A stretch of DNA of 64,000 nucleotides from Pseudomonadota bacterium (GTDB taxonomy: Bacteria > Pseudomonadota > Gammaproteobacteria > Burkholderiales > Burkholderiaceae_E). Position 1 is the stretch's first letter. Every line of letters begins with the position of its first letter. Shown here piece after piece: positions 1-9,200 of the stretch. Both the position numbers and the translations under genes were made by a program. The notes below the pieces were generated by a model. The model did not search any database. It was not told the DNA's origin and saw only the letters and a list, made by a program, of their open reading frames with translations. The stretch lies in contig CAUJHG010000045.1 in NCBI GenBank assembly GCA_963204785.1, positions 36,185 through 100,184 on the forward strand, read 5' to 3'.

Positions 1-1
1 C

Positions 2-559
2 GAGCCGGACGTCGCGCGACTGACGCGGCTGGCCGCAGAGCCCCGGGTGCTCGCGATCGGCGAGACCGGGCTCGACTACTTCCGGCGCACCGGCGACCTG
101 GAGTGGCAGCGCGAGCGCTTCCGCACCCACATCCGCGCCGCGCGCGCCTGCGGCAAGCCGCTGGTGATCCACACCCGCGCCGCCTCGGCCGACACGCTGC
201 GGCTGATGCGCGAGGAGGGCGCCGAGGCGGTCGGCGGGGTGATGCACTGCTTCACCGAGGACTGGGCCACTGCCGAGGCCGCGATCGAGCTCGGCTTCCT
301 GATCTCCTTCTCCGGGATCGTCACCTTCAAGAGCGCGCGCGATCTGCGCGAGGTCGCCGCCAGGGTGCCGGACGATCGGCTGCTGATCGAGACCGACTCG
401 CCCTACCTGGCGCCGGTGCCCTTCCGGGGCAGGACCAACGAGCCCGGCTTCGTGCGCCACGTGGCCGAGTGCCTGGCCGAGGTCCGCGGCACGACGCCGG
501 AGCGCATCGGCGAGCTCACCACAGGGAACTTCCATCGTGCATTCAGGCCGCCGCACTGA
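2..559 (+). CDS. tatD: TatD family deoxyribonuclease (5' partial)
   Basis: Motifs AIGETGLDY, PLVIHTR, GVMHCF, ISFSGIVTF, LLIETDSPYLAP; frame is open back to the window start. Confidence 0.93.
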   Translation, partial: EPDVARLTRLAAEPRVLAIGETGLDYFRRTGDLEWQRERFRTHIRAARACGKPLVIHTRAASADTLRLMREEGAEAVGGVMHCFTEDWATAEAAIELGFLISFSGIVTFKSARDLREVAARVPDDRLLIETDSPYLAPVPFRGRTNEPGFVRHVAECLAEVRGTTPERIGELTTGNFHRAFRPPH

Positions 560-1262
560 TCCCCTGCAGCTCCTGCGCGCGCTCCTGGCCGCGCTGGCGC
601 TGCTCTCGGCGACGCTGGGCGGAGCGCAGGCCCAGGGCGACGCCTATCGGGAGTTCTTCGACGCGATCGGGCGCGACGACGCGGCCCGCGTGGAGACGCT
701 GATCCTGCGCGGGATCAGCACCAACTCCGAGGACCCGAAGCTGGGTCCGGCGATCGTCCACGCCGCGCAGCAGAAGGCGCACGCGGCGATGAAGGCGCTG
801 CTGCTGTCGCCGGCGACGAAGGTCGACGCGCGCAACGCCGCCGGCGAGACCGCGCTGATGTACGCCGCGCTGCAGGGCGAGCTCGAGACCGTGAAGCTGC
901 TGCTCGCGCACGGCGCCGAGGTCAACCAGCAGGGCTGGACCGCGCTGCACTACGCCGCCAGCGGGGGCCAGCTCTCGGTGGTGCAGCTGCTGCTCGAGCA
1001 CCATGCCTACATCGACGCCGCCTCGCCCAACGGCACCACCCCGCTGATGATGGCGGCGCGCCAGCAGCGCCCGACGGTGGCCCGCTACCTGGTGGAGCAG
1101 GGCGCCGATCCGACGCTGGTCAACGAGTCCGGATGGACTGCTGCCGACTATCTCGAGCGCGTCGGCGACGCCGAGCACGCCCGCTGGATGCGCGAGCGCG
1201 CGCAGGAATTCGCGCGTCGCTACGGCAGCAAGGGCGCGCATGCGCCTGCCGGCCAGCGCTGA
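537..1262 (+). CDS. Ankyrin repeat protein with N-terminal signal peptide
   Basis: Repeats GETALMYAA, GWTALHYAA, GTTPLMMAA, GWTAADY; hydrophobic N-terminus ending AQA; start uncertain. Confidence 0.88.
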   Translation: MHSGRRTDPLQLLRALLAALALLSATLGGAQAQGDAYREFFDAIGRDDAARVETLILRGISTNSEDPKLGPAIVHAAQQKAHAAMKALLLSPATKVDARNAAGETALMYAALQGELETVKLLLAHGAEVNQQGWTALHYAASGGQLSVVQLLLEHHAYIDAASPNGTTPLMMAARQQRPTVARYLVEQGADPTLVNESGWTAADYLERVGDAEHARWMRERAQEFARRYGSKGAHAPAGQR

Positions 1263-1332
1263 GCCTGTCGCGGGCGCCGAACCTGTCCCCGACGCCGAAC
1301 CTGTCCCCGGCGCCGCTCCCGTCTCACCTGCC
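1261..1332. repeat. Imperfect 18-bp tandem repeat (3 good copies + 1 degenerate)
   Basis: gagcctgtcgcgggcgcc / gaacctgtccccgacgcc / gaacctgtccccggcgcc / gctcccgtctcacctgcc. Confidence 0.75.
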
Positions 1333-2115
1333 CTTGAACTCCGGCGCCCGGCGCTGCGCCATCGCGGCCACGCCCTCGCGGAAGTCCTCGGTGGCGAACT
1401 GCGCCTGCTGCTCGGCGGCCTCGTGCTCGGTGGCGGCCTGCACCAGGCCCGCCAGCTTGCCGCGCAGGGTCCGGCGCGTGGAGCTCACGGCGATCGGCGC
1501 CGAGCCCGCGATCTCCCGGGCCAGCGCAATCGCCTGATCGCGCACCGCAGCCGCCGGCACCGATTCCTCGGCCAGGCCGATCGCTGCGGCCTCGTCGCCG
1601 TCGATGCGCCGGCCGGTGTAGAACATCAGCGCCGCCTTCTGCGGCCCGACCAGCCGCGGCAGGGTCACGCTCAGGCCGAAGCCCGGATGGAAGCCCAGGC
1701 GGTTGAAGTTCGCGCTGAAGCGCGCCTCGGGACAGGTGATCCGGAAGTCCGCCACCAGCGCGAGCCCGAGCCCGCCGCCCACGGCCGGGCCGTGCACCGC
1801 CGCCACGATCGGCTTGCCGGTGCGGAACATGCGCACCGCGTGCGCATACGCGGGCGCAGGGCTGTTGGCCGCACCCGGGGCGCCGCCGCCGGGACGGGAG
1901 AAATCGGCGCCCGCGCAGAAGGACTTGCCCTGCGCGGCGAGGACGATCGCCCGGCAGCGTCGCTCCGCGTCGAGCCGCTCCAGGGCGTCGACCAGGCCGG
2001 TGATCAGGTCGAAATCCAGGAAGTTGTGCGGCGGGCGCCGCATCTCCAGCAGCGCGACATGCCCGTCGAGCTCGACCTGGACTGCGGGGGGCTGGACGTT
2101 CGGATTCTTCACCAT
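1324..2115 (-). CDS. Enoyl-CoA hydratase/isomerase family protein
   Basis: FCAGADF, PIVAAVHGPAVGGGLGLALVADFR, FHPGFG; ATG at 2115 preceded by AGGAGG. Confidence 0.9.
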   Translation of the reverse strand: MVKNPNVQPPAVQVELDGHVALLEMRRPPHNFLDFDLITGLVDALERLDAERRCRAIVLAAQGKSFCAGADFSRPGGGAPGAANSPAPAYAHAVRMFRTGKPIVAAVHGPAVGGGLGLALVADFRITCPEARFSANFNRLGFHPGFGLSVTLPRLVGPQKAALMFYTGRRIDGDEAAAIGLAEESVPAAAVRDQAIALAREIAGSAPIAVSSTRRTLRGKLAGLVQAATEHEAAEQQAQFATEDFREGVAAMAQRRAPEFKGR

Positions 2116-2268
2116 CTTCCTCCTGTGGATGCCGATCGACGATAGCATCGAATCCGGCCCCACTCGCCTGCGGGCGCCGGGACGGGCTGCCCCCGGCGGC
2201 GAACGCAGGTATAAGAGGGCGTCGCCCGGGCAGGTGCCCGGGACTCCATCCCAGGAATCCGAGCCCGC

Positions 2269-3255
2269 ATGATCCCCCTGTCCGTCCTCGACCTCGTGCC
2301 GGTGCGCCACGGCGACACCCCTGCCGATGCGCTGCGCAACACGCTCGACCTCGCCCGCCATGCGGAAGCTCTCGGCTATCGCCGCTACTGGATGGCCGAG
2401 CATCACAACATGACCGGGATCGCGAGCGCCGCCACCTCGGTGGTGATCGGCCACGTCGCCGGCGGCACCAGCACCATCCGCGTGGGCGCCGGCGGGATCA
2501 TGCTGCCCAACCACTCGCCACTGGTGATCGCGGAGCAGTTCGGGACGCTCGAATCGCTGTACCCGGGGCGCATCGACCTCGGCCTGGGGCGTGCTCCGGG
2601 GACCGACCAGCTGACCCTGCAGGCGCTGCGGCGCGACTGGTCCAGCGCGGAGCGCTTCCCCGACGACGTGATGGAGCTGCAGGCGCTCTTCGGGCAGGTG
2701 CAGCCCGGCCAGCGGATCCGCGCGGTGCCCGGCGCCGGGCTGAAGGTGCCGTTGTGGATCCTCGGCTCGAGCCTGTTCGGCGCGCAGCTCGCCGCCGCCC
2801 TGGGGCTGCCCTATGCCTTCGCCTCGCACTTCGCGCCCGAGGCCCTCGAGCACGCGCTGCAGATCTACCGCAACCGCTTCCGGCCATCGGAGCAGCTCGC
2901 GCGCGCCTACGCGATGGCCGGGATCAACGTCGTCTGCGCCGAGACCGACGCGCAGGCCACGCGCCTGTTCACCACGCTGCAGCAGCAGTTCACCAACATG
3001 GTGCGCAACACCCGCGGCCAGATGCAGCCGCCGATCGACGACATCGAAACCTACTGGACGCCTGCCGAGAAGGAGCAGGCGATGCGGATGCTCGCCTGCT
3101 CCTTCGTCGGCTCCCCCCAGACCGTGCGCGGCGCGCTCGAGGCCTTCGTCGCCCGCACCGGCGTCGACGAGCTGATCGTCAGCGGCCCGATCTTCGACCA
3201 CGACGCCCGCAAGCGCTCCTTCGAGCTGCTCGCGCAGGCGATGGCATCCCACTGA
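2269..3255 (+). CDS. Luciferase-like (LLM class) flavin-dependent oxidoreductase
   Basis: [43 protein letters not shown]. Confidence 0.92.
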   Translation: MIPLSVLDLVPVRHGDTPADALRNTLDLARHAEALGYRRYWMAEHHNMTGIASAATSVVIGHVAGGTSTIRVGAGGIMLPNHSPLVIAEQFGTLESLYPGRIDLGLGRAPGTDQLTLQALRRDWSSAERFPDDVMELQALFGQVQPGQRIRAVPGAGLKVPLWILGSSLFGAQLAAALGLPYAFASHFAPEALEHALQIYRNRFRPSEQLARAYAMAGINVVCAETDAQATRLFTTLQQQFTNMVRNTRGQMQPPIDDIETYWTPAEKEQAMRMLACSFVGSPQTVRGALEAFVARTGVDELIVSGPIFDHDARKRSFELLAQAMASH

Positions 3256-3274
3256 ACCCGACAGGCGCAAGGCC

Positions 3275-4408
3275 ATGAAGACCTCCCGCATCACCGTCCT
3301 GGGCGCCGGCTTCGCCGGTCTGTCGACCGTGCGCGCCCTGCGCCGCCGTGACCGGCGCTGCGAGATCACCCTGGTGGCGCCGCGTCCGGAGCTGCACTAC
3401 CTGCCGGGAATGATCTGGATCCCCAGCGGCCTGCGCACCCGCGAAGACCTGGTGATTCCCCTGGAGCGCTTCCTGCGCCGTACGCGCGTGCGTTTCCACG
3501 CCGGGGAAGTCACCGGGCTGGAGGAGGGCGGTCGGGTCGTGAAGACCAGCGCGGGCGAAGAGCTCAACGACGCGCTGGTGATCGCCACCGGCGGCAGGTT
3601 CATCCGCAGGCTGCCGGGAATCGAGCACGCGATCACTCCCTGCGAAGGGATCGCCTCCGCCGAACGCATCCGCGACCGGCTGCGCGAGATGCAGGAAGGG
3701 CACATCGCCTTCGGCTTCGCCGGCAATCCGCAGGAGCCCAGCGCGATGCGCGGCGGACCGATGTTCGAGTTCGCGTTCGGGATCGACCAGCAGCTGCGCA
3801 GGGAGGGGCGGCGCGAGCGCTTCCGGCTCACCTTCTTCAGCCCCGCGCCGCGGCCGGGCAACCGGCTCGGACCCAAGGCGGTCGACCACCTGCTCGCCGA
3901 GATGCGCAGGCGCGGCATCGAGACCCACCTCGGCCACAAGCTGAAGCGCTTCGAGGCGGACCGCGTGGTCACCGAAGGCGGCGAGTTCCCGGCCGACCTG
4001 ATCCTCTTCATGCCCGGGATGACCGGCAACGCCTGGTTCGACGCGACCACGCTGCCGCGCTCGCCGGGCGGCCTGATCCAGGCGGACGCGCACTGCCGGG
4101 TGCCGGGCTTCGAGCGGGTCTACGTCTGCGGCGATTCGGGCAGCTTCCCCGGGCCCGACTGGATGCCCAAGCAGGCCCACATGGCCGACCTCCAGGCCGA
4201 GGCGGCAGCGGCCAACCTGATCGCGGACCTGCGCGGGCAGCCCGGCAAGACCGGCTTCAAGGTCGAGCTGATCTGCATCGTCGACTCCAACGACAAGGGA
4301 ACGCTGGTCTATCGCACACCGGAGCGCAACCTGCTGCTGCCCGCCACGGCGGCGATGCACTGGGCCAAGCGCGGCTTCGAGCGGCGCTATCTGCGCAAGT
4401 ATCGCTGA
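3275..4408 (+). CDS. sqrF: Sulfide:quinone oxidoreductase-family flavoprotein, type VI (SqrF)-like
   Basis: GAGFAG FAD motif, ATG, GD and PKQAHMA motifs; 377 aa; Cys123, Cys274 and Cys334 present, and no Cys in AMRGGPMFE. Confidence 0.72.
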   Translation: MKTSRITVLGAGFAGLSTVRALRRRDRRCEITLVAPRPELHYLPGMIWIPSGLRTREDLVIPLERFLRRTRVRFHAGEVTGLEEGGRVVKTSAGEELNDALVIATGGRFIRRLPGIEHAITPCEGIASAERIRDRLREMQEGHIAFGFAGNPQEPSAMRGGPMFEFAFGIDQQLRREGRRERFRLTFFSPAPRPGNRLGPKAVDHLLAEMRRRGIETHLGHKLKRFEADRVVTEGGEFPADLILFMPGMTGNAWFDATTLPRSPGGLIQADAHCRVPGFERVYVCGDSGSFPGPDWMPKQAHMADLQAEAAAANLIADLRGQPGKTGFKVELICIVDSNDKGTLVYRTPERNLLLPATAAMHWAKRGFERRYLRKYR

Positions 4409-4506
4409 GGGCGGCGGGAACCTTCCGAACGGGTGAAGGGCGACGAGGCCGGGGGTGGCGCAGACCCTGGGCCTCGCCGGGGATCGGTGTGCGGTCTGTT
4501 TCGTCA

Positions 4507-4534
4507 ATTGCGCATAATGTATATTATGTAAACT
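4507..4534 (+). other. dif: dif site (XerC/XerD chromosome dimer resolution site)
   Basis: ATTGCGCATAA-TGTATA-TTATGTAAACT; 24/28 identical to E. coli dif GGTGCGCATAATGTATATTATGTTAAAT; intergenic AT-rich island. Confidence 0.93.
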
Positions 4535-4569
4535 CGAAACCAAACAAGGAAAGGCAGCGTCGAAGACAG

Positions 4570-4706
4570 TCCCGCCATAGCAGCCCCGCCATAGTCCGAT
4601 GGACCGAAGCCAGGTTCCAGAACCCATTCCTTCGTTCATCCCTTCGCATCCTCGGTCGATCTTCCGTGATCTTCCACTTTCGGCGCCAAACCGGTTCGCA
4701 TCTTCG
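4570..4706. repeat. Short direct repeats next to dif: CCCGCCATAG x2 and phased ATCYTYC units
   Basis: cccgccatag at 4571 and 4585; ATC-pyrimidine units at 4638, 4648, 4659, 4669, 4700. Confidence 0.55.
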
Positions 4707-4758
4707 CTCATGGCCGGGACAATTCCCGCATCGGGCAACCGCAGACCAAGGAGAAGAG

Positions 4759-6225
4759 ATGCAGATGGACCTCGGCACTTTCTATGGCACGTTGCAGGAG
4801 GCGTTCGGCAGCCACATCCCCCAGGTGCTTGGCGCCTTGCTGATCCTGGCCCTTGGCTGGGTGCTCGCGGTTTTCGTGCGGGCGGGCATCCGTCGCCTGC
4901 TGGGGCTGGCGCGACTGAACGCTCACCTGCGCGGGCTGCTGCGCATGGAAGCGGATGCCGAGACTGCCGTCGCGATCGTCGGGTTCTGGTTCGTCCTTCT
5001 CGCCACCCTGGTGGCGGTGCTCAACGCGCTGAACCTCACCTTGCTGTCGGAACCGTTCGCCACCGTGGTGCGCGACGTGATCAGCTACCTCCCCCAACTG
5101 CTGGCCGGTGCGGCGCTCGGGCTCGGCGCCTGGCTTCTGGCCAGCCTGCTTCGCGCATTGACCACCAGGGCGCTGTCGCTGACGACGGTGGACGAGCGGC
5201 TCTCGGAACACGCCGGGCTGACGCCGATCAGTCGCAGCGCCGGCAACGTGCTGTTCTGGCTGGTGATCCTGTTCTTCCTGCCCGCGGTGCTGGGCGTGCT
5301 GCGCCTGGAGGGGGTCCTCGACCCGATGCGGGATCTGCTCGGAAGCCTGCTGGGCTTCGTCCCCAATGTCCTGGGGGCCGCGATGATCGCCCTCGTGGGT
5401 TACGTGGTGGCGCGCATACTGCGCGCGCTGGTCACCGACCTTCTGGCGGCCGCCGGTGGTGACCGGATCAACGCGGGGATCGGCCTCGATCCATCGATCC
5501 GCCTTCCCCGGCTGGCCGGGACCCTCGTCTTCATCCTGGTCTTCGTCCCCTCCCTGATCGCTGCGCTCGACGCGCTGAAGGTCGAGGCGATCTCGCGACC
5601 GGCGACCAGGGTGCTCGACCAGATCCTGGCCGCGACACCGCACATCATTGCCGCGGCGCTGATCCTGATGCTGACCTGGTATGTCGCGCGCTTCGCTGCC
5701 GGCCTGCTCGCCCGGCTCCTCGAGAGTGCCGGCTTCGACGGGCTGCCGGCGAAGCTCGGTCTGTCGCACGCCTTCGCCGACGGAACCAGGCCGTCACGCC
5801 TCGCGGGCCGACTGCTGATGTTCTTCGCCCTGCTCTTCGCCAGCGTCGAGGCTGCCTCGCAACTCGGCTTCGATCAGGTGAGCGAACTGGTGACGACATT
5901 CATCGGCTTCGGCGGCGATCTCCTGCTCGGTGGAGCGATCCTGGTGATCGGGTTCTGGCTCTCGGGAGTCGCGGCGGCGGTCATCGCCCGCGCCAGTCCC
6001 GAGGGCGGCCGGCTGCCTGCGAACATCGCGCGCTTCGCCATCCTGGGGCTGGTCCTCGCCATGGGACTGCGTGCGATGGGAATCGCCAACGAGATCGTCC
6101 AGATGGCCTTCGGGCTGACGCTGGGGGCGGTGGCGGTGGCCGTGGCGCTCGCGTTCGGGCTCGGGGGACGTGAAGCCGCCGGCAAGCTCCTGGAGCACTG
6201 GATCAGCCGGCTTCGGAAGGACTGA
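4759..6225 (+). CDS. Polytopic membrane protein with conserved TM-helix repeats (CmpX / MscS-associated family)
   Basis: Repeated units such as IPQVLGALLILALGW, LPQLLAGAALGLGAW, VPNVLGAAMIALVGY, TPHIIAAALILMLTW; C-terminal ALAFGLGGRE; RBS AAGGAG before ATG 4759. Confidence 0.8.
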   Translation: MQMDLGTFYGTLQEAFGSHIPQVLGALLILALGWVLAVFVRAGIRRLLGLARLNAHLRGLLRMEADAETAVAIVGFWFVLLATLVAVLNALNLTLLSEPFATVVRDVISYLPQLLAGAALGLGAWLLASLLRALTTRALSLTTVDERLSEHAGLTPISRSAGNVLFWLVILFFLPAVLGVLRLEGVLDPMRDLLGSLLGFVPNVLGAAMIALVGYVVARILRALVTDLLAAAGGDRINAGIGLDPSIRLPRLAGTLVFILVFVPSLIAALDALKVEAISRPATRVLDQILAATPHIIAAALILMLTWYVARFAAGLLARLLESAGFDGLPAKLGLSHAFADGTRPSRLAGRLLMFFALLFASVEAASQLGFDQVSELVTTFIGFGGDLLLGGAILVIGFWLSGVAAAVIARASPEGGRLPANIARFAILGLVLAMGLRAMGIANEIVQMAFGLTLGAVAVAVALAFGLGGREAAGKLLEHWISRLRKD

Positions 6226-6264
6226 CCCGGCACGCGCGGCTGCCGGTCACCGCGTGTCCCTCCT

Positions 6265-9200
6265 TCAGCGACCAGCCAGATCCGCGTCCAGGTTCTGGTA
6301 CACGCGCTCGATCTGCGCTCCGAAGGCGGACGCGGCGCTGCCCGCGGGCGCGTGGGCGCAGATTGCGATGACCAGCTCGAAGCGATGGCGGATCGAGTCG
6401 ATCTCGAAGAGGTTCGGTTCGCAGCCGATCGCCTCGCGGTAGCTCTCCTCGATCTCGCGGGCAAGCGGGGACAGACGGGAGGCCTCGGGCTGGCCGTGCG
6501 CGCTGCGCGTGGCCGGCGGGGGCCTGAACGCCGCCCGTGACAGCCGCAGCTCGGCAAGCGCGCTGCGGTCCCAGAAGTCGTTCAGCACGTAGTCCGGGCG
6601 CTGCAGCTGCTCGATCAGCCGGGCCGCCTCGGCGTCGAGCCAGGCGAGCAGCGCCCCGAGCCCGAGGGGGCCGCCGAGGTCCTGCCCTGCGACCACAGCG
6701 AGCTCGCTGCCGTCGATCGACGGCTCCGCTTCGATGCCCGCTGCACGTGCGGCCCGGTCGACGGCATGGGCGCCCTCGATCGCGTCGGCAGCTCCGTGCG
6801 CCCTGCCCGCCTTCGCCCGAGCGCTGCTGCGCGCGCCTGCGCTCAGCACGCGCAGGAACACGCCGCTGAGCAACCCTGCGGCCAGCGCGTAGGCCTGGTC
6901 GGACTCGAGCCGGCGGTCGGACGCAGGCGGGGTGCTCGCGAGCCCGTCGTGGGCGCGCATTGCGAGCCCGCCGGCCTCCCGCTCCAGCGCGCGCCGCTGC
7001 AGCAGCTGCAGCGCCCTACCGTAGAAGCCCAGCGCCTCGCGCAGCTGCGCCCGCGCCTGCGGGCGGTCGGCGCAGCGCAGGTGGATGCGGGTGGCGCGCA
7101 GCGCGATGCTCCCGCGAAACAGCTCGATCGCCGCGGTGGCGCGATCGGAGCGCGCGCCTGCGTGCGCCCTGCCCGCGCCCGCCGGCGCCACTCCGGCCTC
7201 GGTGCGCAGCGCCACGATGCGGTCGAACACCGTCTTCGCCCGCTGTATCGCAGCCTGGGCCTGCGCAGCGTCGAGCCTGCCCGGCTGCGCCAGCGCACGG
7301 CGTACGATCAGGCTCGCGTAGATCTCGAGCGTCTCGAAGTCGACGAGCTGCGGCGCCTCGGCCAGCACCTGGTCGAGCCTGGCGATCGCCGCCGCGCTCT
7401 CGCCCGAGAGCGCGAGGAAGACGCCGTGCGCGGCCAGGACTTCCGGCGCCGCGTCCCAGCCCATCCGGGCGCCCGCAGCGAGAGCCCGGTCGACCTGCCT
7501 GCGATCCTCCTGGGCGGTGCGCGCGGTGACGTTGGCCGCGCGGTTGCGGATCTCCTGCGCGAGCTCGCGCGCGGACACGTAGGCGCGCGCCGGCTCGCGT
7601 GCGGTGCGCACCTGGAGCCGGAACTCGGGGTCTCCGTAGCACTGGTAGGCGCCCCAGGTGAGGCCCCGCGGGTTGTTCCGGTAGACGGCCGCGCGCGCTG
7701 CGTGCACCGCCCGCGCCAGGCACTCGCCGGCGAGCATCTGCTGGTAGAAGACCCTGGCGAACTGCGCGGCCTCCTGGTCGTTGACGGTCCAGCCGGCGAC
7801 CACCACTGCGCGCGCGCCCAGATCGATGAAGCGGGTGCCGACGCTCGCCGCGAACGTGGCTGCCTTCGGCCCGCCCGCGATCGGCGCCGCGGCTGCGGCC
7901 GGGCCCGGACCGGCGCCGCCGGCGTCGCGCCCGAGGTGGCAGCAGTTGACGAAGACCAGGTCGGGCACGCGGCGGATGCGCCCTACGTCGTCGGCGGTGA
8001 AGCGCGCATCGTCGCTCAGCACGATCCCGGCCCGCACTCCCCTGCCCTCGCCGTCGGCGTCGGCCTCCGCCTCGAGCGTGCCGTGGCCCGCGACGTGCAG
8101 GACGCTGTGGCGCCCGGTGAGGATCGCCGAGAAGACCCGGCTGGCCGTCGGGCGCTCGAGCAGGGTGGCGCCGAAACCCGAGGCCTCGAGGAGCGCGGCC
8201 ACCTCGGTGGCCTCCCTTGCGGCCGCGGGCAGCTGCGCGAAGCCGGCCGTGCCCTGCAGGCTCGGATCGCCGATCACCAGGGCCTGGAATCCGCCGGCGA
8301 GCCGGGCGGCCCCGCCGCCGTCGCTGCGGACCCGGCGGCGGATCAGCGCTGCGCGCACCGACAGCGGCTCGGCCCGGGTGAAACCGTCGGCCGGGCCGAT
8401 GCTGTCGCACAGCACCTCCCAGGGGATCGCCGACATGTCGTCGTCCAGCTCGAGCTCGGTGTCGCGGAAGTCCGCGAAGCGCTCCTTCAGCGACGTGGGC
8501 AGGAGCAGCTCGTAGAGCAGCGCGCCGACGTCCGGGTCGGCCGACGCGGCCGCGCGCTCCACCAGCCCCTGGACCAGCGCCGACGCCACCTCGATCGAGA
8601 ACTGCTCCGAGCGCGCGCGGTCGGACACGTAGCGGACCGTGACTGCGCCGTCCCGGTCGCGCGCGAAGCTCAGCCGCTGGAAGACCGCGCTGTCCGGTTC
8701 CCAGAAGAGCCGGCGCCGCCCTCCGGCGCGCGGCTCGACCTCGAAGCGCTCGCCGGTGGCCGGGCGCAGCCAGCCCTCGAAGGCGGCAGCCTCCAGCAGC
8801 GCGTTCAGCGCGTGCGCCGCCTCGTGTGCGCTGTCCTCGTAGAGCTCGACGAACTCGAGCTGGGCGATGCCCACCCGCTCGTCCAGCCCCTGCTCGACGA
8901 GCTGGTCGGCCGCGTAGCGCACTCCGCGAACGATCGCCGCCACGCTCTCGCGCACCGAGATCGACCTGGTGCCGGTGCCGATCAGCAGCGAGCTCAGCCG
9001 CAGCTGCAGCGGCTGGCCCGGGATGCGCGCGCTGTAGTGGCTGCGATCGACCGCCATCCGCAGCACCGCCCGCTGCACTGCCTTGGTGAGCTTCTCGCTG
9101 GTCAGCTCGCCCCAGCGGCCCAGGCCGAGCGCGACCGCCCCGCCGAAGCGCAGCCCCGCCGGATACTCGGGCCCGGTCCGGGCGCCCTGCTCGGCGCCTG

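Noticed and set aside
4489-4758. N-terminal extension of the membrane-protein ORF running through dif, and small ORF 4524-4778 (-)
   Set aside because: A good RBS precedes ATG 4759; the extension crosses dif and has no protein-like features.
6795-7176. 16-nt repeat cgtgcgccctgcccgc at 6795 and 7161
   Set aside because: It encodes a repeated AGRAH peptide in low-complexity coding sequence; two copies only.
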